From: an uncultured Planctomycetia bacterium
GTDB taxonomy: Bacteria; Omnitrophota; Gorgyraeia; Tantalellales; Tantalellaceae
Direction of reading: 5' to 3'
NCBI GenBank assembly: GCA_964451815.1
Contig: CAYVIW010000004.1
Coordinates: 1 to 61,160, forward strand
DNA length: 61,160 nucleotides
The position numbers were made by a program, and so were the translations under genes. The notes below the pieces were generated by a model that had not been told where the DNA came from, searched no databases, and saw nothing but the letters and a program-made list of their open reading frames with translations. Positions 54,144 to 61,160 of this stretch are shown here, piece by piece (the stretch's first letter is position 1; each line of letters starts with the position of its first letter).

Positions 54144-55334
54144 ATGAGAAAGCTTTCCAGAACGTCTAAAAAAAACACAAGCCCCGCGAAAACCAGAAAG
54201 ACAAAAGGGGTAGAAGCTTCCGCGCAGGACCCCGACGCTTTATACCGGTCTCTTCTAGAGAAGGAACAAGAGATACTTCAGACCGAAGACGCTCTTGTTG
54301 AGTCCATGAAGAGGTTCCGGGATCTTTTCGAGCAGTCACCTATAGGTGTGGGTATAAACTCGCCTTCGGGAGAATCGATGGTGGTCAACAAAGCCTATCT
54401 GTCGGTTTTAGGAGCACGGTCATTTTCGTGCATATCCGGCATGAACATGTTCAGTGATCTCGGGCTTGGCGCGGAGGACATAAAGAGAATACGCTCTAAA
54501 AAAGTAGTGCAGCATGAGACCGAGTTCGATTTTGAAGTTTTCCCCTTCAGCTCCGCGAGAGAAGGAAAAGCGCATATACTTTTCACCGTATCGCCTTTGC
54601 AGAGAGACGAGGATGTAATAGGGTACATAGTCCAGGCCCAGGACATAACCCAGATAAAAAGGGTGGAGGAATCACAGCGCCTGGCGCAGCTGGGCAGACT
54701 TTTATCCGATATGGCTCATGAAGTCAATAATCCCCTGATGATAATATCGGGAAGGGCGGAGCTTTCCCTTCTTGATAGATCGCTGAACAGTAAGCTCAAA
54801 GAGTCTCTTAAAATAATACTTGACCAGTGTTTCCAGGCAAAAGACATAATCCAGAGGCTTTTAAAATACTCAAGGCTGGGCAAGGTAAAACAGGAGCCGG
54901 TAGACATCAAAGAGATACTGGAGCTTATTTCCAGTATTCTCGAGCATCATTTCAGCCTGGCGCAAATAGATCTGGCCATAAGCGTGCCAAAGAACATCCC
55001 GGACATCATGGGCAACGAGAAACAGTTACAGGAAGTTTTCATGAACATAATGAGAAATTCCGCCGACGCGATGCCGAAAGGCGGGACTATAAAGGTGAAA
55101 GTGTCACATGGCGGCGGATCTGTGAAAATAGCCATAAGAGATACAGGAGAAGGTATGTCGAAGAACGTTATGGACAGCATATTCGAACCGTTCTTCACGA
55201 CAAAACAAAAAGGGACCGGTCTCGGGCTCGCGGTGAGCCATACGATAATACAGGAACACGGAGGAAAGCTGTTATATGAGAGCGAGGAAGGTAAAGGGAC
55301 GACAGCGATCATAATGCTTCCGGTGCAGGCATGA
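54144..55334 (+). CDS. Cytoplasmic PAS-containing sensor histidine kinase
   Basis: No TM segment. H-box LSDMAHEVNNPL, with N, G1 (RDTGEGM) and G2 (GTGLGLAV) boxes. Confidence 0.85.
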   Translation: MRKLSRTSKKNTSPAKTRKTKGVEASAQDPDALYRSLLEKEQEILQTEDALVESMKRFRDLFEQSPIGVGINSPSGESMVVNKAYLSVLGARSFSCISGMNMFSDLGLGAEDIKRIRSKKVVQHETEFDFEVFPFSSAREGKAHILFTVSPLQRDEDVIGYIVQAQDITQIKRVEESQRLAQLGRLLSDMAHEVNNPLMIISGRAELSLLDRSLNSKLKESLKIILDQCFQAKDIIQRLLKYSRLGKVKQEPVDIKEILELISSILEHHFSLAQIDLAISVPKNIPDIMGNEKQLQEVFMNIMRNSADAMPKGGTIKVKVSHGGGSVKIAIRDTGEGMSKNVMDSIFEPFFTTKQKGTGLGLAVSHTIIQEHGGKLLYESEEGKGTTAIIMLPVQA

Positions 55335-55759
55335 AAAATAAAAATTCCGAGAGATCAAAAGTTCTTGTAATAGACGATGAAGTCCAGATAGCCGATATGG
55401 TAGAAGATTTTTTATCGGCGCATGGCATAGCGACCAAAAAAGCCTATTGCGGCCGCAAAGGTCTTAATATGGTCAAAAGGAACAAGGACATAGGACTGAT
55501 AATACTGGACGAGAAAATGCCCGGGATGGGTGGAGCTACTTTTATTAAAGAAGTAAGGAACTTTAACGCGGATATTTCGGTGGTTCTGCTGACAGGGTCG
55601 ATAAACCTTTCCCAGATGGACAGTCTTGACAAGGGGCAGTATAAAAAGGTCCTTGTTAAACCTGTTCGTCTTTCCGATGTTCTTAAACTGGTCAAAAAGA
55701 TCCTGGGACCCACTGCCAGGAAAAAACTTAAGAAAACAGCAAAGAGAAGTAAAAAATGA
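55331..55759 (+). CDS. Receiver-only response regulator with a Lys-rich tail
   Basis: VLVIDDE ... ILDEKMPGMGG ... K(P) receiver motifs. There is no output domain. ATGA overlaps on both sides. Confidence 0.85.
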   Translation: MKNKNSERSKVLVIDDEVQIADMVEDFLSAHGIATKKAYCGRKGLNMVKRNKDIGLIILDEKMPGMGGATFIKEVRNFNADISVVLLTGSINLSQMDSLDKGQYKKVLVKPVRLSDVLKLVKKILGPTARKKLKKTAKRSKK

Positions 55760-56913
55760 TAAAAGCAGAGATATATTCGCTGGCATACGGAGGAGCGGGT
55801 GTCGCCAGGATCGACGGGAAAGTGTGCTTTGTCGAGGGGGCTTTACCGGCAGAAGAGGTAGAGCTGAAGATTATAAAGAACACCGCGAAGTATTCGCAGG
55901 CGCGGGTAAAGCGGATAATAAAGCCTTCGCCGGACAGGGTAGAACCATTGTGCCCCTATTACGGCAAATGCGGCGGATGCCAGCTCCAACACTTATCATA
56001 TGACAAAGAGATACATTACAAGCACGAACAGGTGGCCGAGCTTTTCGGCAGGATAGCCCGTATCGATGTAAAAGATTTAATGGATCCGATGGAGCGGTCG
56101 CCATCGGAATACGGTTACAGGACAAGCGTAACACTTCATCGCGGCGGAAAGGAATACGGGTATTACGCCGCTTCCAGTCACACGGTCGTTCCCATAGACA
56201 GATGTCCGGTAGCCGTTCCCGAGATAAACAGCTCTCTTAAGGAGATCACGGCGGAAGCGGGCAAAGACCAGATAACCATAAAGGCGGACCATAATGGCAG
56301 GGTATGGTCTTCCTGCCGTATGGGCGAAAGGTTCTACATGGACCGGTACAGGGAAATGGACATATACTTTTCTACCAGGTCCTTTTCGCAATGCAACAGG
56401 CATATATCCGGGAAAATAGCCGAAACTCTGGAGCAGTGGATGGCCCCCCGGTCGGAAGACGCAGCTCTTTTTGATATATATTGCGGCTCCGGGTTCTTCA
56501 GTTTTCTTATAAAGGGCGATCTCTCTCTAAGGGTGGGTATCGATGAGAGCAGAGTTTCCATAGATTGCGCCAAGAACACCGCCAGGCATAACGGCATAAA
56601 TAATGTGAAGTTTTACAGGGGCACCGCCGAAAAGGATCTTTTTGATATTTTTGAAAGACATAAGAAAAAGAGCAACATATGTCTTCTGGACCCGCCGCGT
56701 AAAGGCGTCGCTAAGGATCTTCTCGAAAAGATAAGAGACCACGAGGACATCGGCTCCGTATTCTATATATCCTGTGACCCCGCCCGCCTGGCGAGAGATT
56801 CGGCCATAATGACACAGGGCGGCAAATGGGGCGTAAAAAGGATAAAGGCTTTCGATATGTTCCCGAGGACATCTCACATAGAGGCCCTTGCCGAGTTTAC
56901 CCGTGAAGTGTGA
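55756..56913 (+). CDS. TRAM-domain, Fe-S containing RNA (uracil-5-)-methyltransferase (RlmD/TrmA family)
   Basis: TRAM N-terminus, CPYYGKCGGCQLQH cluster, DPPRKG and SCDPARLARD motifs. Confidence 0.8.
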   Translation: MIKAEIYSLAYGGAGVARIDGKVCFVEGALPAEEVELKIIKNTAKYSQARVKRIIKPSPDRVEPLCPYYGKCGGCQLQHLSYDKEIHYKHEQVAELFGRIARIDVKDLMDPMERSPSEYGYRTSVTLHRGGKEYGYYAASSHTVVPIDRCPVAVPEINSSLKEITAEAGKDQITIKADHNGRVWSSCRMGERFYMDRYREMDIYFSTRSFSQCNRHISGKIAETLEQWMAPRSEDAALFDIYCGSGFFSFLIKGDLSLRVGIDESRVSIDCAKNTARHNGINNVKFYRGTAEKDLFDIFERHKKKSNICLLDPPRKGVAKDLLEKIRDHEDIGSVFYISCDPARLARDSAIMTQGGKWGVKRIKAFDMFPRTSHIEALAEFTREV

Positions 56914-57046
56914 TCGACTAAGTAAATATTGCTGGTAGTTTTCATTGTTTTTTTACACCCTGTATGAGAAAGAAAATAAAACGGGGATATCTTACACCCT
57001 ATGCTTATAACAGGGATGTTCGCCTAAGAGGTTAGTAAAGAGAAAA

Positions 57047-57805
57047 ATGCGGCTGATATCATGGAACGTTAACGGAATAAGGGCGATAGCGGGCAAGGGG
57101 TTCAAGGAGTGGATGATCAAAACCTCGCCCGATGTACTTTGCCTGCAGGAGACAAAAGCCTCGCCGGGACAGCTGGACGAGTCGCTGGTATCTCCGCGCG
57201 GGTATTTTTCCTATTGGAACGGTCCTGCTAGAAAGGGATATGCCGGCGTTTGCGTTTATGCCAGGGAAAAACCCGTCTCCGTGGAAAAGGATTTCCCGCC
57301 GGATGATCTTGATACCGAAGGAAGGACCCTGATAGCGCGTTTCAAGGACTTTGTTCTGATCAATGTATATTTCCCCAACGGAGGCCAGGGGCCGGAGAGG
57401 CTCAAGTATAAACTCGATTTTTATGACAGGTTCCTTGAATATGTTGACGGGTTGAAGACGAGGAACATCGTTATATGCGGCGATGTCAATACAGCCCACA
57501 AGGAGATCGACCTGGCCCGGCCCAAACAGAATGAGATTTTCACAGGGTTTCTTCCGGTAGAGAGAGAGTGGATAGACAAACTGGTGGAGCACGGTTATGT
57601 GGACACCTTCAGGCATTTCAATAATGAGCCCGGCCAGTACAGCTGGTGGGACTACAAGACGCGTTCCAGGGAAAGGAACGTCGGCTGGCGCATAGATTAT
57701 TTCTTTGTGACAAAAGAACTTTTACCGCGTCTCAAAAACGCGTTCATTATGTCCGATGTAATGGGAAGCGACCATTGCCCGGTCGGAATAGAACTGGACG
57801 ACTAA
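57047..57805 (+). CDS. xth: Exodeoxyribonuclease III
   Basis: MRLISWNVNGIRA, LCLQETK and the C-terminal SDHCPV motifs. Confidence 0.9.
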   Translation: MRLISWNVNGIRAIAGKGFKEWMIKTSPDVLCLQETKASPGQLDESLVSPRGYFSYWNGPARKGYAGVCVYAREKPVSVEKDFPPDDLDTEGRTLIARFKDFVLINVYFPNGGQGPERLKYKLDFYDRFLEYVDGLKTRNIVICGDVNTAHKEIDLARPKQNEIFTGFLPVEREWIDKLVEHGYVDTFRHFNNEPGQYSWWDYKTRSRERNVGWRIDYFFVTKELLPRLKNAFIMSDVMGSDHCPVGIELDD

Positions 57806-57985
57806 GCAGACGCTGTTTCTAAGTATCTGTAAACACACGACATCTGGCATAAACATGGGTACAAGCACATCTCGGTTATCTTAGGTCAAGAATATTGTTC
57901 ATCTACCCGTATTTATGCCAGAAGTTATTTTCTTGTATATAGTTATATAAAGCGTCTGCGGTGCTTTCCTGCGGTGCTTTCGCGG
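57804..57985. repeat. Nested imperfect palindrome followed by a 13-bp tandem duplication
   Basis: gcagacgct (57806-57814) pairs with agcgtctgc (57951-57959). tctggcataaacatgggta (57843-57861) pairs with 57904-57922 at 17/19. ctgcggtgctttc occurs twice, at 57956-57968 and 57969-57981. Confidence 0.6.
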
Positions 57986-58034
57986 GGAGATCTTAACCCG
58001 GATGAAGTGGCGGTGGACATTTGTTTAAGCTTTT

Positions 58035-59366
58035 TTGCCGATTATGACCATAGAACTTCCAAGACCGCTTGTAGCGGATAATAAAGGCAGGATATATGAT
58101 CTCCCTCATCTCAGAGCCGCGGGGATGAAAGCGGGAGTGCCTTTTCTTCTTAAGCCTTCGGACCTTATAGAGCTACATCCCGACAGCGAGCTTTTTATGC
58201 TTCCCTCAAGGAGCCCCGTGGTATACGATCCCTCTCAAGGATCTTTTGTGGAAGTGCGCGATGTCCCTATACCCGGTCAAAAAGGCCATTGTAACGCGGT
58301 GGCGGCATTTCTGGCTCCCGGGTATACCGCCACTTTCAGCGCTTCATATCTGGAAAGAGGAAAACCCGGGGTATTGCCTCTTTTTAGTTACGCCTCCGCG
58401 GTCTTTTATAAGGGCAGGATATTCGCCACCGGCACACGCGTCGATCTTGAAAAAAGGCAGGAGCTCGCGGGCATGGATACCTCAGGGGTTCAGAAAGGCG
58501 TAAGGGAGTTGAGAAAAATATTTCCCGACAATAGACTTGTGCGGCATCTTGAAAGATGCGCTTTATCTTATTGCTGCCCCGCGGCCAGGAATTTTTTTCT
58601 TAAAAGGTACGAAGCTCCGCTTCCAACGTCACCTTACTGCAATGCCGACTGCATAGGATGCATATCTTACCAGCCCGGCAGGAAGTGCCCGGTGACACAG
58701 CCGAGGATAATCTTTACGCCAACTCCCCGGGAGATAGCGGAAGTGGCTGTCTTTCACATAAAGAACGTATCCGATCCTGTGGTTAGTTTCGGCCAAGGCT
58801 GTGAAGGAGAGCCTCTTATGGTGGGCGGGGTCATAAAAGACGCGGTCAGGATCATCAGAAGAACTACCCGTAAGGGAATGATAAACATAAATACCAACGC
58901 CAGCATGCCCGGGGTGATAGGGAGTTTGTTCGACGAAGGGCTGGATTCCATACGTGTAAGCATGAACAGCGCGCGCGAAAAATATTACACCCGATATTAC
59001 CGCCCGAAAGGATACCGATTCAAGGACGTTGTTTCTTCTATAAAGGCTGCCGTGAAACGGGGAGGTTTTGTTTCCCTGAACTATCTGGTAATGCCGGGGT
59101 TCACTGACGCGGTGAACGAATTCAGCAGCCTCCGGCGTCTTCTTGATAGCACAGGCATCGGTATGATACAATGGCGCAATCTCAATTATGATCCCGCGTC
59201 TTATTTCAGGCAGATGGGCATTGAGGTCAAACCGAAGGATATGGTTTCATTACCCGGGGTTATGAGCATAATAAGGAAAGAATACCCTGATGTCATGCAT
59301 GGATATTTCAACCCTTCTCGGGGACGCATCCGCAGGTTCAAAAAAAGAGGCCGTAAGAATGCGTAG
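58035..59366 (+). CDS. Radical SAM protein with a ~190-aa N-terminal extension of unknown function
   Basis: CNADCIGC (CxxxCxxC) lies at about residue 203, and GQGCEGEPL follows. TTG 58035 or ATG 58044 could be the start. Confidence 0.7.
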   Translation: MPIMTIELPRPLVADNKGRIYDLPHLRAAGMKAGVPFLLKPSDLIELHPDSELFMLPSRSPVVYDPSQGSFVEVRDVPIPGQKGHCNAVAAFLAPGYTATFSASYLERGKPGVLPLFSYASAVFYKGRIFATGTRVDLEKRQELAGMDTSGVQKGVRELRKIFPDNRLVRHLERCALSYCCPAARNFFLKRYEAPLPTSPYCNADCIGCISYQPGRKCPVTQPRIIFTPTPREIAEVAVFHIKNVSDPVVSFGQGCEGEPLMVGGVIKDAVRIIRRTTRKGMININTNASMPGVIGSLFDEGLDSIRVSMNSAREKYYTRYYRPKGYRFKDVVSSIKAAVKRGGFVSLNYLVMPGFTDAVNEFSSLRRLLDSTGIGMIQWRNLNYDPASYFRQMGIEVKPKDMVSLPGVMSIIRKEYPDVMHGYFNPSRGRIRRFKKRGRKNA

Positions 59367-60333
59367 AGGAATATACAGACTTCGAGATATGCTGCTTGTG
59401 GTTATGCTGATCTCGGCAGGCGCGGGATACGCGATAGAGGCGCCTGATGTAGATATAGAAATTAATGCCGCCTCCGCTGTCGTTATGGATGCTGCCACAG
59501 GTAAAATACTTTTCTCTAAGAACCCGCATGACAGGTATCCCCCGGCATCTACAGTTAAGATAATGACGGCCATTCTGGCGATAGAGAACCTTCCTTTGGA
59601 TTCCGAAGTAACCCCCTCCAGGGAGGCTCTCTCGGTCCAGCCCACTATAGTAGGTCTTAAACCGGGAGTAACTTACGTTCTGAAAGACCTGGTATCAGCT
59701 ATTCTCATAAGGTCCGGTAATGACGCGGCCAGGGCCATAGCCGAAAGAGTCGCCGGCGACCAGCAAAGCTTTTCTGAGATGATGAACGAGAAAGCGCTAA
59801 AGATAGGAATGGAGAACACATATTTCCGGACCGCCTCGGGACTGCCTACAGGCAGGCAGGACGCGCAGTACACCACCGCGTTAGATCTGGCCGTAATGAT
59901 GAGATACGCCAGGCGGCACAGCATCATACTTGAGGAGATGTCCCGAAAAGGCGGGACCATAGAAGGCAGTGACGGAGTTGAAATATCCTTCAGAAGCAAT
60001 AACAAAGCTCTTCTCAGGGGTGAAGACGCGCCCTGGGGCAAAACGGGTTATACCCGCCAGGCACGACGGACCTTCGCCGGGATAGACCCATCTGCCGAAC
60101 CCAGAATAGTGTTCGGCCTCTTAAGGTCCAGCGATCTCTGGAAAGATATCGAAACTTTAAAGGATAAAGGGCTTGAACTGCATGAGATCTTACAGATATC
60201 GCTAGCGAAAGAAAGGGCCGAAAGAATGAAAAGATGGCGTTTCCGCGGCCTGAATCACATAGTAGAATGGGTTAGATCCCAGCGTTCTTCCGGGAGAAGA
60301 GCCTCGGAAATCTTGTTAAATAACAAAAAGTGA
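59359..60333 (+). CDS. D-alanyl-D-alanine carboxypeptidase (S11 / PBP5-type)
   Basis: SxxK (ASTVK), SxN (SGND) and KTG (KTGYT) motifs, plus a signal peptide. ATG 59359 overlaps the upstream stop by 8 nt. Confidence 0.85.
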   Translation: MRRGIYRLRDMLLVVMLISAGAGYAIEAPDVDIEINAASAVVMDAATGKILFSKNPHDRYPPASTVKIMTAILAIENLPLDSEVTPSREALSVQPTIVGLKPGVTYVLKDLVSAILIRSGNDAARAIAERVAGDQQSFSEMMNEKALKIGMENTYFRTASGLPTGRQDAQYTTALDLAVMMRYARRHSIILEEMSRKGGTIEGSDGVEISFRSNNKALLRGEDAPWGKTGYTRQARRTFAGIDPSAEPRIVFGLLRSSDLWKDIETLKDKGLELHEILQISLAKERAERMKRWRFRGLNHIVEWVRSQRSSGRRASEILLNNKK

Positions 60334-60438
60334 GAAAAATCGACTGGCTTTCAAGAAATGACATGGTAAACTTTTATTTAGAGATAGATATACCGGTTTT
60401 CATGTAAATGCGCGCATTGAGTAGATGAGCGCGAAAGG

Positions 60439-60477
60439 CCCCGGGCAAAAAGATGTTCTTAAGCCCGGGGTTTTTTT
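60439..60477 (+). terminator. Intrinsic terminator
   Basis: ccccgggc (60439-60446) pairs with gcccgggg (60463-60470), followed by a T7 run at 60471-60477. Confidence 0.8.
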
Positions 60478-60544
60478 AAACTCCTTTCTTTCTCTTATCA
60501 CGTGTTACGGGTTTCCCCCATCTAAAGGCTTAGTAACATTTCAC

Positions 60545-60573
60545 TTGACGGGCGGGTCTGTTACTACTATAAA
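60545..60573 (+). promoter_or_regulatory. Putative promoter placed very close to the GH57 start codon
   Basis: TTGACG at 60545-60550, a 17-nt spacer, then TATAAA at 60568-60573. The ATG is at 60582 and no SD is visible. Confidence 0.4.
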
Positions 60574-60581
60574 TATAGGCT

Positions 60582-61160
60582 ATGAAGGGCAAACTTTCTG
60601 TAGCTTTTTTATGGCATATGCACCAGCCGCTGTACAAGGACCTTGTCACGGGAAAATATCATCTTCCCTGGGTAAGACTGCACTCCACCTACTCATATCT
60701 GGACATGGCTTCGGTGCTCAAGGATTTTACGGATATAAAATGTACCTTTAACATAACTCCTTCCCTTTTGTGGCAACTGAGGGATATATCCGCAAACGGA
60801 GATATAGATGATATATATTTGCATCTTTCCTATATTGACGCCCGGGACCTTACTGACGATGACAGATGTTTTTTGCTGAAAAATTTCTTCTCATGCGATC
60901 CGCACACCGCAATATATCCGGTAAAAAGATACGCGGCCCTTTTTGAAAAAAGAGGAAGCGACCTTGACAGGGATTCTCTCCTGGAACGTTCAAGTGAGTT
61001 CAGCGTCCAGGAATACAGGGACCTGCAGGTGCTTTTTAACCTGGCATGGTGCGGGTTTACGCTGCGCCGGGAAGACAGGCTCGTAAAGGATCTGGTCGCG
61101 AAAGGGTCGGATTATACGGAAGAGGAAAAGAAAAACCTTTTAAATAAGCAAAAAGAGGTG
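60582..61160 (+). CDS. Glycoside hydrolase family 57 protein (alpha-glucan enzyme), 5' part only; runs off the window
   Basis: Hand translation gives MKGKLSVAFLWHMHQPLYKDLVTGKYHLPWVRLHS..., with the GH57 WHxHQP(L/Y)Y signature. The frame is open to the window end and is not in the ORF track. Confidence 0.8.
   Translation, partial: MKGKLSVAFLWHMHQPLYKDLVTGKYHLPWVRLHSTYSYLDMASVLKDFTDIKCTFNITPSLLWQLRDISANGDIDDIYLHLSYIDARDLTDDDRCFLLKNFFSCDPHTAIYPVKRYAALFEKRGSDLDRDSLLERSSEFSVQEYRDLQVLFNLAWCGFTLRREDRLVKDLVAKGSDYTEEEKKNLLNKQKEV

Noticed and set aside
56953-57000. Direct repeat ttacaccct at 56953-56961 and 56992-57000 upstream of xth, and an 11-mer (ccctgtatgag) shared with element A
   Set aside because: Short exact matches of this length are expected many times by chance in 61 kb. 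No extended similarity or symmetry surrounds them.
60425-60751. 108-aa ORF from the track
   Set aside because: It runs through a strong terminator and a promoter. It is out of frame with the GH57 gene, which starts at 60582 and has a clear family signature.

Overview
61.2-kb chromosomal segment that reads like an anaerobic bacterium. I cannot assign a lineage from sequence alone. GC is roughly 50% by eye, with conspicuous ATA, AGG and AGA codons. I support about 62 protein genes, and all but two are on the + strand. I found no rRNA, tRNA, CRISPR array, transposase, integrase or phage gene. Gene order: (1) a TPP-riboswitch-controlled thiamine operon (thiE-thiS fusion, thiG, thiH, thiF), extended by a PP-loop ATPase, NifS, NifU and an ArsC/LMW-PTP-like protein. 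(2) An ~8-kb oxygen/iron-stress block: a rubredoxin missing from the ORF track, ferritin, flavodiiron protein, desulfoferrodoxin, rubrerythrin, ferritin-like protein, glutaredoxin-like protein, thioredoxin reductase, OGG2 glycosylase, metal permease, CcdA, TlpA-like protein and an Rrf2 regulator. (3) Housekeeping genes (fba, GT2, OsmC, TIGR00725, comF, DoxX, ferredoxin, deacetylase, pgi, AEC transporter). (4) A Lon-like protease with a coupled secreted protein. (5) A clpB / J-protein / ArsR-type regulator operon behind a dense palindrome array. (6) NYN protein, dusB, maf, radical SAM, a hypothetical protein, PilZ and dinG. (7) A complete Bat/MoxR aerotolerance-type operon with a BatB-BatC fusion carrying a Gln/Glu tandem repeat. 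(8) metH, mnmG, a radical SAM gene, two tandem glycine-zipper paralogs, an HK-RR-RNA methyltransferase operon, xth, a long radical SAM gene, a D-Ala-D-Ala carboxypeptidase and a partial GH57 gene. The most unusual signal is non-coding. It is a family of ~300-bp nested-palindrome elements (30790-31103, 37454-37786, and a degenerate partial copy at 1-110). The two full copies share terminal inverted repeats, and all three share (the third only partly) a ~115-nt GC-rich core. In the two full copies the long perfect stem around the core has been replaced by unrelated sequence. All alignments and motif calls were made by eye and need computational confirmation.
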